A DNA stretch of 64,000 nucleotides, taken from assembly GCF_006345805.1 (NCBI RefSeq), contig NC_042999.1, forward strand, positions 80,972,001-81,036,000, given 5' to 3'. This document shows positions 1 through 10,757 of this stretch, one piece after another; the first letter of the stretch is position 1; each line of letters begins with the position of its first letter. The stretch is from Octopus sinensis (Eukaryota). The notes under the pieces are model-generated. The model had not been told where the DNA came from, searched no databases, and saw only the letters and a program-made list of their open reading frames with translations. The position numbers were made by a program, and so were the translations under genes.

Positions 1-164
1 GCTGGAAGCGGAACACTTCATTCTCGGGCGCCAATCTTTGCCTTCCACCTCTCCGTAGTAGATAAAATAGAATACCATTCTTCTACTAGCGTCACTCTAA
101 TCGACTTGCCATCTCCCGTTAAACTTTTAAACTGTTAGTCACAATATTACTCGCAGTAGAAAGA

Positions 165-352
165 GCAGCGACCTGGCAGAATCGTTAAGCACGCCGGACA
201 AAATGCTATGAGGTAGTCGGTTCTCTTTACATTTCGATTGCAAATTCCACCTAGTCGGCTTTGCCTTTTATCTTTCCGGGGTCCATAAAATAGCTAACAG
301 TCGAACACTGTATTCAACTTACTCTATTCGAAATTGCAGGCCTTTTGCTAAA
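165..352 (+). mobile_element. Degenerate tRNA-derived SINE (family with GCAGCGACCTGGCAGAATCGTTAAGCACGCCGG head)
   Basis: tRNA-like head and a body (caaattccacctagtcggctttgcctttt...ggggtc) shared with the copy at 32676-32810. Confidence 0.6.
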
Positions 353-1083
353 CTTTGAGATCATTATTACTCATAATGCTAATAAAGGGAAAATAATATC
401 AATACAGGAAGCTGGTCCGTTAGAAAATGTCTTGATATAATCAGTATCAACAGTCTTATTATAAATAAGATGGTTATTCTAAACACTCACATTACTAGTA
501 ATAAGAATATTGATTATTATTTATATAAACAATAGTATTTATTACTACTAATTGTTTTTGGTTCTGTTGTTATTAACAGCTCATCAGAACCGTGAAATTG
601 ATTGCTTTCTACATTTTACTTTTCTTTCTTAATGTGTGTTAACCACATAACATAGCTAGAAAAGCCACGAGTGATAATATTGTACTCAAATAGTATTAAG
701 ACATTCTGGCTGTCAAATTCAGTTAGAAAATACTAGATGTAGCTTTACCTGTCAATTAAGGTAGCAAATAAATAGAAAGACGCAAATAAAAGGAATATTT
801 ATAAAATATTTTGTAGAAAAAACAGCGAAAAAGAAGCTATAAACAATTTAATGAACGAAGAAAACTAACAAAAACACTCTGGCAAACAGATATATAAAAT
901 TACGTTATAACACAAAACTAAATTCTTATTCGTGGATAAATACAAGAGATTTCTTCATCTTCCTTAATCCTCTCAAGGCTAAAGAAATTTAATCCGACGA
1001 CTGCCAATCATATCTCTAATAATATTTTTATACAATTCTGAAATTTCAGCATGTTTCGAGATTTTGATATGTTGCGTGGTTAT

Positions 1084-1130
1084 GTGTGTATGTGTGTGTA
1101 TGCTTGTGTGTGTGTGTGTGTGTGTGTGTC

Positions 1131-1172
<42 letters not shown>

Positions 1173-1223
1173 TGTATACAAGTACGTTTGTACATATCTA
1201 TTTATGTCTGGGTGTATATATAT

Positions 1224-1266
<43 letters not shown>
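1084..1266. repeat. Compound (TG)n/(TA)n microsatellite
   Basis: Directly visible dinucleotide runs. Confidence 0.95.
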
Positions 1267-1268
<2 letters not shown>

Positions 1269-1598
1269 TCAGACATATTTCCATATATGTATTTCTTTCA
1301 TAATTATATGTTATTCATAGATTTTTGCTTCAGTTTCTTTTATTTTTAATTGAGTTTTTGCTGTCTTTGTTTATATAGTTAGGCCTTTCCTCGTTTTCTG
1401 TTCAAAGTCAGCGTGTTATTCATTCATCTACAAAGTTTGATTGACAGCATTCGGCTATGTAGGCATTTATCTTTAAACATACGTGTACATTCGGAGTTGT
1501 ATATAAAAGTCTTATGCAAGTGATTGCATGTAAATATACATAGGCAGGGAATATAAACAAGGAAGGATAAATCTGTGTGTGTGCGCATATATATATAT

Positions 1599-2018
1599 TT
1601 ACTCTTTCTTTTACTCTTTTACTTGTTTCAGTCATTTGACTGCGGCCATGCAGGAGCACCGCCTTTAATCGAGCAACTCGACCCCGGGACTTATTCTTTG
1701 TAAGCCCAGTACTCATTCTATCGGTCTCTTTTGCCGAACCGCTAAGTGACAGGGACATAAACACACCAGCATCGGTTGTCAAGCAATGCTAGGGGGACAA
1801 ACACAGACACACAAACATATGCACACACATTCATATATATGTATACATATATACGACGGGCCTCTTTCAGTTTCCGTCTACCAAATCCACTCACGAGGAT
1901 TTAGTCGGCCCGAGGTTATAGTAGAAGACACTTGCCCCTGGTGGCACGCAGTGGGACTGAACCAGGAACCATGTGGTTCGTATGCAAGCTACTTACCACA
2001 CAGCCACTCCTGCGCTAT
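1599..2018 (-). mobile_element. Full-length tRNA-derived SINE (family A) with internal (CA)n/(TA)n tract
   Basis: On the minus strand: head GCGCAGGAGTGGCTGTGTGGTAAG (A-box-like), GGTTCAGTCCC (B-box-like), conserved body, and ACTGAAACAAGTAAAAG tail. The family recurs at least 7 more times in the window. Confidence 0.9.
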
Positions 2019-2289
2019 ATATATCTGTACGTATATTACTTAAAACACTTTGATTCGGTTCAGCACTACTTCCCTTATCCTTCTCTATCTTACCCCAGCC
2101 CATCACTTACACCCACTCCAACATACCACAATCTCGCCTCCACTACTTCCCAACAACATTACACCACACCACACACCACTACACCTTACACCACCATACC
2201 ACACAGCACATTACATCTCAACACACCACCACGCACACTCCAGTACTGACCACTTCCCAGACCCACATTTTCACACCTACACATAAATA

Positions 2290-2635
2290 CACGTACACGT
2301 CAAGATCACCAGCTATCTTCCACACGCACATACAAACTCGCTTATAAATACGCACGTGCAGCTTCGTTTTTGGGATCACCACTACTTTATTAACTATCCT
2401 TCTCCCCAGCTTTCCTGTGTGACCCTTCTGCCCGGCATTCGCCAAGATAGATTGCTAGCCACTACACATTCTTTTTTTTCTCTCCTTGTTTTTGTTTGTT
2501 TTCCTTTCTGTGGAAGAGCGTAAGCTCGAAACGTTGAAGTCCTTTGCACCTCCCGGACGTTATACTTATGCATCTGTTTTTTGTCTACACCATCTGTCTT
2601 TGTCTTTTGTTTTTATTGTGAATTCTCCCTATATA
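2290..2635 (+). mobile_element. pLTR-like repeat (family D) of a probable Penelope-like element, carrying a variant hammerhead-like motif
   Basis: Homologous to about 23660-23970 (gtgtgacccttctg...cactacacatt...gaagagcgtaRgctcgaaacgt...cgttatact). The PLE assignment is inferred from the HHR-like motif. Confidence 0.55.
2498..2541 (+). ncRNA. Hammerhead-like motif with non-canonical core (CUGUGGAA)
   Basis: ctgtggaa-GAGC gtaa GCTC-GAAA-CGT-T: 4-bp stem II with a GNRA loop and an ACGT palindrome as stem III. The core has U at position 6 and an extra A. Confidence 0.35.
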
Positions 2636-2639
2636 AACT

Positions 2640-2666
2640 CACATATGTATATGTATACAGAAAAAA

Positions 2667-2701
<35 letters not shown>

Positions 2702-2785
2702 GTATATGTATATACACGCACATATACATATGTATACATACATACGTTCATAACCACATAATATATATGTCTATATATATATAAT

Positions 2786-2855
<70 letters not shown>

Positions 2856-2870
2856 TACATATATATATTC
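2640..2870. repeat. (TA)n-rich microsatellite block
   Basis: Directly visible. Confidence 0.95.
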
Positions 2871-4319
2871 ATATATCATTATTTCTATGTATTCACCAAT
2901 TAAACGAACATGTGTGTATGTTTACGAGTACAAGCGAATAAGTGCCTTCTATGTGGTAGAATATGTTAATGACTGATAAAGCGACAGTGGTAAGAGCTAA
3001 AATTAAGTTTACGAGTAGTCTTGCAGGCGAGTTGGTATCCCGCTGGAATAATTACTTGGCCACGCGTAAATGACTTCCTTTGAAGTAAAGCACTTTGAGA
3101 CCAAAGAGATAAGGAAAACTTCCAGTTTATGTTTTAGCAAAATTATCATCTTAGAGTGGTCATCGATCTTCATAAAAGGCGAGACACTTCTATGTTAAAG
3201 AACGTATTAAATAAGAGGTTTTGTTAATTTATATTTCTATACTTTTGATTTTTGTTAATTATCATTCATTAATTTTGGTTTATTTGTTTTATAATTTACA
3301 ATTTTTATTTTCCTTTCCATTAATTTATTATGGTATTTTGGTAATTTGTGTCTATTTGAATCTACGTGCTGCTCTTTGTCATGGGAAAGATAAGTATAAA
3401 ATGGAGGCAAGGAAAAATGGGAAAATACTGGTTGTCCAACAGTGCTCTCAATCTAATGACGTGCAAATTACACACCTACTGCTGGATCAGATTTATTTAA
3501 CATTCATAAACTAATACGTATATATGAAACTCTTAGCAACTAGCAGCTGATTCTAACGCACTGAAACAAGTGTTGTAATTAGGAGCAAAGTATCTCCATT
3601 CCATCTCCTTGTATCATAAATTACACACATAAACACATACACACACACACACACGTGAACAAAAGCAATAAGGAGATGTCAGATTGAAGAGGGATCTTAA
3701 GATTACCAGAAATGTTTTATATGTTTAATAATTCACTGAGAATAACATCATCTGAGAATAACACACACATACAGTTATAGAGATATACACATAAGTATTT
3801 ATCCATCTATATATGTAAGTATATGCATATATATGTACGGATGTAAACATTATATACTGTGTGTGTGTGGTTGTGTATGTATACATAATATGCGCTCACC
3901 ACCTGATAAGGTGTATTATTTTAGACATCGGATGGATGGTAACGATTATAATATATACATACATTTGGATACACGTATATGCATACGCGTGCATAAATTT
4001 ATACTATGATATTTGGAATGGAAAAGACTACACCGTTAGAACCATCTAGGCGGAATGCCTCACAGAATCTGTTAGAGTGCATTAGAACAACATTTATTCA
4101 TCTATACGCGTTCTGGTGTAGAAAGCATATTGGAAAAATTAATATCCCATGCGATAATTTATCAATGTAAGACAAAACAGTTAATGGCAAATAGACAGTT
4201 CCACACAGTTGATAATATCAGTTATATACAAAACCAAATGAAAGAAAGGATGGAACGAATTGACATGTACGGGCATGGCAAGCGACTTGATCTGAGATCC
4301 TGTGCGGAAGCAAAACCAA

Positions 4320-4549
4320 TTTGGAGGTTGCTGTGTCCTAACATATGTCCCACTTCTTTTAGTTTTCGTGTTTTCCAGTGGTGTTCTCTATTATTTTAAC
4401 TTCATACTACAGGAGGGTGTAGTCTCCATTGTTCCATACATGATCAGCTATATTCGATTTATCAATATATCCTCGTTTCACAGCTTTGCGATGTTCGTCT
4501 ACCCTTATTTTGAGGGGGCGGCATGTGTCGTCTTTGTATAACCTACCAT
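4320..4549 (-). mobile_element. Penelope-like element GIY-YIG endonuclease remnant (Penelope/Poseidon-like), with stop and frameshift
   Basis: Manual translation: GRLYKDDTCRPLKIRVDEHRKAVKRGYIDKSNIADHVWNNGDYTLL*YEVKII, then after a frameshift EHHWKTRKLKEVGHMLGHSNL. This matches the PLE GIY-YIG pattern (YxGET-R-L-R-EH; S-IA-HVW; RKLKE). Confidence 0.75.
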
Positions 4550-4801
4550 GTTGTGTGTGGAGTTCATGAATGAACTATTCAACAATTAGAAATAGCTAAG
4601 GGAAGGTAATTGGTTATTGTTATAATTGTTGACAGGGGAGATAATTATTCCGTTTTCGGTAGGGGATGTGATATACACACACAAATTCGGTAGGGCGTGT
4701 GATATACACACACAAATTCAATAACTAGAGTAATGGAGACAAATATGTACAGTGATGGGTATGTAATCGTGAATTAAAATATGTTTAGAGATCAAAGTTG
4801 A

Positions 4802-5182
4802 TTATGCGTGCATATTTAGACGTCTTCTGTAATTTTCGATGAAACAATTTTCTTTATTTAAACGTTCTTGTAAAGAAATTGTATCATTGTACTCGTAGAA
4901 GGGGAACGTTGTGAAATTTGGTTTAATGGTACCTGCACATATCTTTTTGCGTTCACTAAAAGGAATTTGCCTGTATTGCGGGAATCGGATCTGCTCTTTA
5001 TGTAGATATGTTCTCGCCTGTCCTATATAGTAATGTCCACAACTTAAGCAGGATATTACATCAATTATATTCTTGGAGGCACAAGTGATGTTGGTTTTAA
5101 TTGTGAACCTTTCTCCTTGCTTGAAAAGGAAATCCGAGCCTTCAAGTAGATTGGAGCATGTTCCACAGTTTCGACCTCCGCA
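4802..5182 (-). mobile_element. Penelope-like element C-terminal GIY-YIG domain with upstream Cys motif (Neptune-like); open 127-codon frame
   Basis: Manual translation: CGGRNCGTCSNLLEGSDFLFKQGERFTIKTNITCASKNIIDVISCLSCGHYYIGQARTYLHKEQIRFPQYRQIPFSERKKICAGTIKPNFTTFPFYEYNDTISLQERLNKENCFIENYRRRLNMHA*. Shows the CxxC linker, ITCxSxNxIxxIxCxxC..YIGQ and KExxFIxxYxxxLN motifs. Confidence 0.8.
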
Positions 5183-6369
5183 TGTGTGAATACATGCGCT
5201 AACCTAACATGCATATATACACATAAACATGTCTAGACACACATACACACATAATCTTATTGAAAATATCAATATACACTTATATATGATAGGCGCGTAC
5301 ACTTGTATTTGAATAGCAAATATAAAAGCGAATCTGAACTGATGAATAATTTTGTGTATATGAGTACATGTATATTAATGCAAAATCTATTCTTTAACAA
5401 TTTAAATTTCTGCTCAAAATTAGGCAGAACAATAATTGTATGTCCATTCACAAACCAAGAGCGTACGTTGCAATTCATATATTTAACTGTATTAACTAAC
5501 CAGTTATTTTCATTTCCATTGCATCCACATGTTACATGGTATTTTGACGTTCTCAAACGGTGCAATATGTAAGTATGCAAATTGATCACATTTACAAGCT
5601 CGTTTTCTTACTGCCAAGACTCACATTTTCTAAAATATTAACATCTAGGCTACGCAAATCATTAAAACAGACAGATCCAGTATACGTGTATAAAAGCAGC
5701 TGACAAAATAATTATAATCCAAGTTTAACTTCAGATTCTAGTGCATTAAATAAATTAGAAATTTACGTTTACGAAATCAGAATCTTGAGGCGTGCAATAT
5801 AGAATTTAAAGGAAAATACGAAATATAATTTCAAGTAACGAACAAATAAAAGCCGATAAAATATATTGGATGAAAATAAGACAGTTACAATAAAAACTCC
5901 ATTAAAATATATAACAAAAATAGAAATAGTAAAAAAATCACACAAAATACATAAAAGCTTAAAAAAAACTGAACACATCTATATACACACACGTTCATAA
6001 ATACACACAACACACCTAGATATGTGTGTATGTATATATATATATATCAATAAGAAAATGGAGGGGTTCAATAGGTGGTTCACCAACTTTTAGATATTAT
6101 ATTATGATTCACTTATTTATTTTGGATAGATATTATCCCTTAGTTGGTTGGATTCACAACCTATAACTTTTTGGAGTTATATATATATATATATATTTGA
6201 GTAGTTGAATGAATTATCTTATTAAGGATAATTCGAAAGATAACCGATACTTGGGTAGCAAATTCACATCAGAAAGAACACGGTTGAAGTTACGTCCCTT
6301 GGGCATAGACTACGTGCTTTCGTGCGGAAATTTGTACGAAAGAATGGAGTTGAACGACTTGTTAACAAA

Positions 6370-6472
6370 TTTCCTTTATTTTCGACATATGTTTCGAAGG
6401 CTGCATATTCCTAATTCCGAAGGAATAAGGAGTACATTATGCAGATTTCTCATCAGGAAAGGCAAGGAAATT
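6370..6472 (-). ncRNA. Type I hammerhead ribozyme, complete core, long stem II, palindromic stem III
   Basis: Minus strand: aatttcctt-gcc-tttc CTGATGA(6456-6450) G...C GAAA(6395-6392) C atat GTC(cleavage predicted after 6384) gaaa-ata-aaggaaatt. Stem I is 4+9 bp with a 3x3 internal loop. Stem II includes ctgcata/tatgcag. Confidence 0.75.
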
Positions 6473-6496
6473 ATGTCGACATCAAAATGCACATAA

Positions 6497-6596
6497 GTTC
6501 CTTGCCTTTCCTGATGAGAAATCTGCATAATGTACTCCTTATTCCTTCGGAATTAGGAATATGCAGCCTTCGAAACATCTGTCGAAAATAAAGGAA
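6497..6596 (+). ncRNA. Type I hammerhead ribozyme, complete core (mirror copy)
   Basis: ttcctt-gcc-tttc CTGATGA(6511-6517) G6518...C6571 GAAA(6572-6575) C atct GTC(cleavage predicted after 6583) gaaa-ata-aaggaa. Confidence 0.72.
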
Positions 6597-6636
6597 ATTT
6601 GTTAACAAGTCGTTCAATTCCATTCTTTCATAAACT

Positions 6637-6669
<33 letters not shown>

Positions 6670-6730
6670 TAATATGACCACAAGAGAATGGATGGGACCT
6701 CGATATTATATAGAGGAATTCATCATTAAT

Positions 6731-6960
6731 ATGTGACAATTAGTCGGTTGCCATAATAAAATTCAGAGTTACGGATGTCGGGGCAGAAGACTGCTGCGGC
6801 ATCTCCTCAGATATTAAGCCAAACAAAAATGTTATGAAAATGACCGTTATTAAAGGGAAATTACTATGAAGATGACCGTTATTAAGACAAACAAAAGAGC
6901 TATGACAATGACCGTTAAATAAAGAGGCACACATGTCTAAATATTTGTTCCGGTTTTTGT
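6731..6960 (-). mobile_element. Decayed pLTR-like repeat (family E) with three ~36-bp internal repeats and a degenerate HHR-like core
   Basis: Homologous to 7440-7600(+): ctgaSgagatgc...agcagtcttcYgcc and an identical cgactaattgtcacat. Carries three tatgaNaatgaccgtta units. Confidence 0.45.
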
Positions 6961-7243
6961 CCTCCCAAGATCATAGAAAGAACCTGATTTTATATTGAGT
7001 CCACGTACAGGCATTTCATTTCTTATTTATATTTTTATATTTTCGTATATTTTAGAATTTTTATATATTCTATTGCTTTACATATTTATATATTTTTATC
7101 TGTACATTACCTTTCACTCTGCATATTTGTGCATGTGCGTATAGAGACGTGTATATGAATATAATTGTGCGTGTATGGGTATATATACGTGTGTGTGTGC
7201 GTGTGCGCGGCTTTGAATATGTGTATGTGTACATAAGTATGGA

Positions 7244-7330
<87 letters not shown>

Positions 7331-7439
7331 CTGAGTGTGCATGCATGAGTTTCACACGAGTGTGAGTGAGTATATGCATACATGCACATGCACGTGGGTG
7401 TGCGTGTGCGCATGTGTATCTATATACATGCGAGTATAC

Positions 7440-7600
7440 TCGGATCCCATGAACGTGGTTTTACCTTCGAGTAATTTTACTTTCTCCCTATTCGGGTAAT
7501 TTCCTTTTCTTTCACGTTCATAGTATTTTTGTTTACCTTAATAACTGACGAGATGCAGGAGCAGTCTTCCGCCTTGAAATCGACTAATTGTCACATCTAA
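7440..7600 (+). mobile_element. Decayed pLTR-like repeat (family E), second copy
   Basis: CTGACGA (7545-7551)...GAAA (7576-7579). Aligns with 6731-6900 on the minus strand. Confidence 0.45.
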
Positions 7601-7615
7601 TATATACATATATAT

Positions 7616-8066
7616 ATTCTTTTATTTGTTTCAGTCATTTGACTGCACCCATGCTGGGGCGCCGACTTTAGTCGAGCAAATCGACCCCTGAATTTATTCT
7701 TTGTAAACCTAGTACTTATTATATCCGGCACTTTTGCCGAACCACTGGGTTACGTGTACATAGACAAACCAACATCAGTTGTCAAGCGATGTTGGGGACA
7801 AACAGACACACAGATATACACACGCACACACACATACACACGCATACACACACACGCACACACACGCACGCACACTCACACACACACAAACATATATATA
7901 TATATAATAGACGGGCTTCTTTCTGTTTCCGTCTACCAAATCCACTCACAAAGCTTTGGTTGGCTGAGGCTAGAGTATAAAATACTTACCCGAAGTACCA
8001 CGTAGTGGGACTGAACCCTGAACCATGTGGTTGTTAAGTAAACTATTTACCACACACCCACTCATA
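7616..8066 (-). mobile_element. tRNA-derived SINE family A
   Basis: Same head, body and tail as 1599-2018, with an internal (CA)n tract. Confidence 0.9.
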
Positions 8067-8176
8067 GATATATGTGTGTGCGTGTGTGCGTGTGTGTGTG
8101 TGTGTGCGTGCGTGTATGTGTGTGCGCACAGAATGCTTATCAACAACGACAGAATCAAATTTAGACTATTCGAATA

Positions 8177-8336
8177 TACACACATACACACATACACACA
8201 TACATACATACATACACACACATATACACACATACATACATACATACACACATACATACATACATACACACATACACACATACATACATACATACACACA
8301 CATACATACATACATACACATACATACATACATACA

Positions 8337-8370
<34 letters not shown>

Positions 8371-8410
8371 CATGCATACATACATACACACATACATGCA
8401 TACGTACATA
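8177..8410. repeat. (CATA)n/(CA)n microsatellite
   Basis: Directly visible. Confidence 0.95.
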
Positions 8411-8549
8411 TAGGCAAAAGACATAGTGAAGCTCTTGGAGGTCCAAGATGCAACCGAAAATGTAGATTATATTATATTTCTGTTATAGATTATGTCATAT
8501 CTCAGTCATGTATGATTAGCAGCTACTCGAAATCCGGAAAAAAAAGAGT

Positions 8550-8860
8550 AAATACGGAGAATCCACCTGTTAGTAAAAACGTACACAAATACCAGCACAA
8601 GGAATACTAGCGGAACCTCTTATCAAAACATCTGTGGAGTGTAAGCATATCAGGCCGGATATTGTTGATTAAGACACAGAAGAAAATGTATGTACCATGA
8701 CAGGGATCAGCTGTCCTGCTGAAGTGAGTATCTCATTGAAAAATCAATGAGATCGAAAAGAACTGTTGACAGCTCCAGCTTCTATATCCGGATTACAAAC
8801 TGGTATCTATATCAATAATAAGTGGAATACTTGGTTTTGTAATTAAATTCCTAACCATCA
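8550..8860 (+). mobile_element. Restriction-like endonuclease (RLE) C-terminal remnant of an R2-superfamily (R4/Dong/NeSL-like) non-LTR retrotransposon
   Basis: Frameshifted translation: ENPPVSKNVHKYQHKEY*RN / LIKTSVECKHIRPDIVD*DTEENVCTMTGISCPAEVSISLK / QLQLLYPDYKLVSISIISGILGFV. Resembles the RPDIV...ISCP...IIxGxLG RLE signature. Confidence 0.6.
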
Positions 8861-9185
8861 GTATGGATCAGCTTGGATTTTCAGGAAAAGAAATCAACCA
8901 ACTGATTAGCACATTATTAATACAATCTGTAAACGGAAAAGCAAAACTATGCAAGACGTTTTTTTCAAGTTTCAAAAGGTGTTATTATTTTCATTATCCA
9001 CATTCCAACGATGAAGCTTTGTAGCTTTGTTACAAACCGGCTCCTCCCTCAAAGTAAGAATTTAAATAGTCAAAAGCAGAAAGGAACATACATACATATT
9101 TACACACACGCACACACACATACATACGCGAACACATGCACACACAAGCACACACGCACACGCACGCATACACACACCTAATATA

Positions 9186-9790
9186 TCAGGTCAACTCATA
9201 AGTTCTGTCCGAAATTTGAATAAGGAAAACAAGTGATCAAATGTTATATTTAATTGAAATTTAATCATCAATGTTCTTTGCCTGAATATCTATGACTTCC
9301 TTCCATCTATTTACAAGCTTTTTAATTACATCAATGTAAAATTCTTTTGGTTTCAAAGTGAAAAACTCTGAAATGTCAATCTCGAACTCCTTCTAGCTTG
9401 CAAAAATCATGTCCCCCAAATGATTCTGTAAACTATGAAACAAATAATAGTCCGAAGGAGCAAGGTTGTGAGAATAAGGTGGATGAGGAATATTTTCCCA
9501 ACCAAGCTCTTCGGTCTTCTGTGATGTGATCTTTGCAGTGCTGTGTCGAGCATTGTCCTGATTTCGATTCACTAAAGCAGGTCTTTTCTCTTGAGAGTTT
9601 GATTCAAACGTTTTAATTGCTGACAGTAGACTTGGGCATTGATTGTTGCATTAGGCGGTAACTATTCAAAGTAAATTACTCCTTTGCAATCCCACCAGAT
9701 AGAGAGCAGAAACTTTTTTGTCATGAAGTTTCCTTCTCGGTTGTGGTTGAGCTTTTTCCCTTTTACCAAGGGAAAATCAGTGACCAATTC
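9186..9790 (-). mobile_element. Mariner (Tc1/mariner, DD34D-type) transposase 3' remnant with one TIR
   Basis: Minus strand reads SIWWDCKGVIYFE*LPPNATINAQVYCQQLKRL..., QDNAR, WENIPHPPYSHNLAPSDYYLFHSLQNHL and RWKEVI. A TIR-like end (tcaggtcaactcataagttctgtccg) follows a TA at 9184-9185. Confidence 0.85.
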
Positions 9791-10715
9791 TGTCTTCTAC
9801 CAAGAAATCTAATGCTTACAGCTTAGTTTTTTTTTCTTGGGGCTGGCCGAGTTGGAGCAAATATCAGAATTGAACAGCCGAAATTTGCTATGATGATTCG
9901 GTGTCTGACTGAAGATTGAAGGCTTCGAATGATTTGTCTGTGTTCCGTGTTCGTCCCTTCCTGTATTTCACGTTCATTATATATAAAAACATTCATTCTT
10001 ATATTATTGCGGCCTTACGTGCACCCCCCCCCCCGTTTGTTTGTCCAATTTTAAACCCTGCACGACTTCTATACACACTGTCTTTCCTACCCGCCATTGC
10101 TTCTTCACCAAACTTTTTGGCGCCCTCCGATTCTTCCCCTCTCTTCCTCCCATCCTCCTCCCCTCTTCCTCCCATCCTCCTTAATCCCTTCTTTCTCCTT
10201 TTCTCTTGGTCACTGATTCTGTCCCCTGCCTTCCACCCTCTTTGATTCCCTCTCTCTCTGTCTCTCTTTCTCTCTCTCCTGCGACCTGCTGCTTCTTAAA
10301 CCATTCTGTTGGCCTTCGTATCTCGACCAACATGTGTCCCCGCTACCGAAACGGTAATTATTTCTACGCCAGCTATGTTGTTGTTGTTTTTGTCTCATTT
10401 GGTCTAAAGTCGTATGACAACCACCGTTATATATATTTTGTTTATTCATTACTGTTTTCAATTTCGTTTTCGTCTCTTGTATTCACATCCGTCTTGTGCG
10501 TTCACATTCCTGTCTTCTACCAAGAAATCTAATGCTTACAGCTTAGTTTTTTTTCTTAGGGCTGGCCGAGTTGGAGCAAATATCAGAATGAACAGCCGAA
10601 ATTTGCTATGATGATTCGGTGTCTGACTGAAGATTGAAGGCTTCGAATGATTTGTCTGTGTTCCGTGTTCGTCCCTTCCTGTATTTCACGTTCATTATAT
10701 ATAAAAACATTCATT

Positions 10716-10722
<7 letters not shown>
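9790..10722 (+). mobile_element. Partial-tandem pLTR-like structure: ~215-bp direct repeats (9790-10004 and 10510-10722) around a pyrimidine-rich spacer
   Basis: Two near-identical copies, 720 bp apart. The spacer motif tccccgctaccgaaacggtaattattt resembles the minus-strand region downstream of the Neptune-like GIY-YIG (about 4640-4670). Confidence 0.6.

Positions 10723-10757
<35 letters not shown>

Larger units (their letters stand above)
6338..6629. repeat. Near-perfect inverted repeat: 139-bp arms (6338-6476 and 6491-6629), 14-nt spacer
   Basis: Arms compared by eye: 3 mismatches in 139 bp. Confidence 0.95.

Noticed and set aside
1420-2043. ORFs 1420-1782(-) and 1786-2043(+), with look-alikes at 7754-8005 and 58774-59007
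   Set aside because: They lie within SINE family A copies. Their similarity reflects the shared repeat, not a protein family.
3684-3720. TTGAAGA-GGGATCT...AGATTACC-AGAAA-TGTTT-TA hammerhead-like string
   Set aside because: Unpaired 3-8 and 10.1-11.1 positions, and no convincing stem I or III.
4045-4065. CTGTGA-GGC-attcc-GCC-TAGA on the minus strand, downstream of the Poseidon-like GIY-YIG
   Set aside because: The position fits a PLE HHR, but the core has a deletion and GAAA is altered. Too degenerate to call.
6209-6496. 95-aa ORF overlapping the palindrome
   Set aside because: No recognisable domain. Half of it is the antisense of the hammerhead arm.
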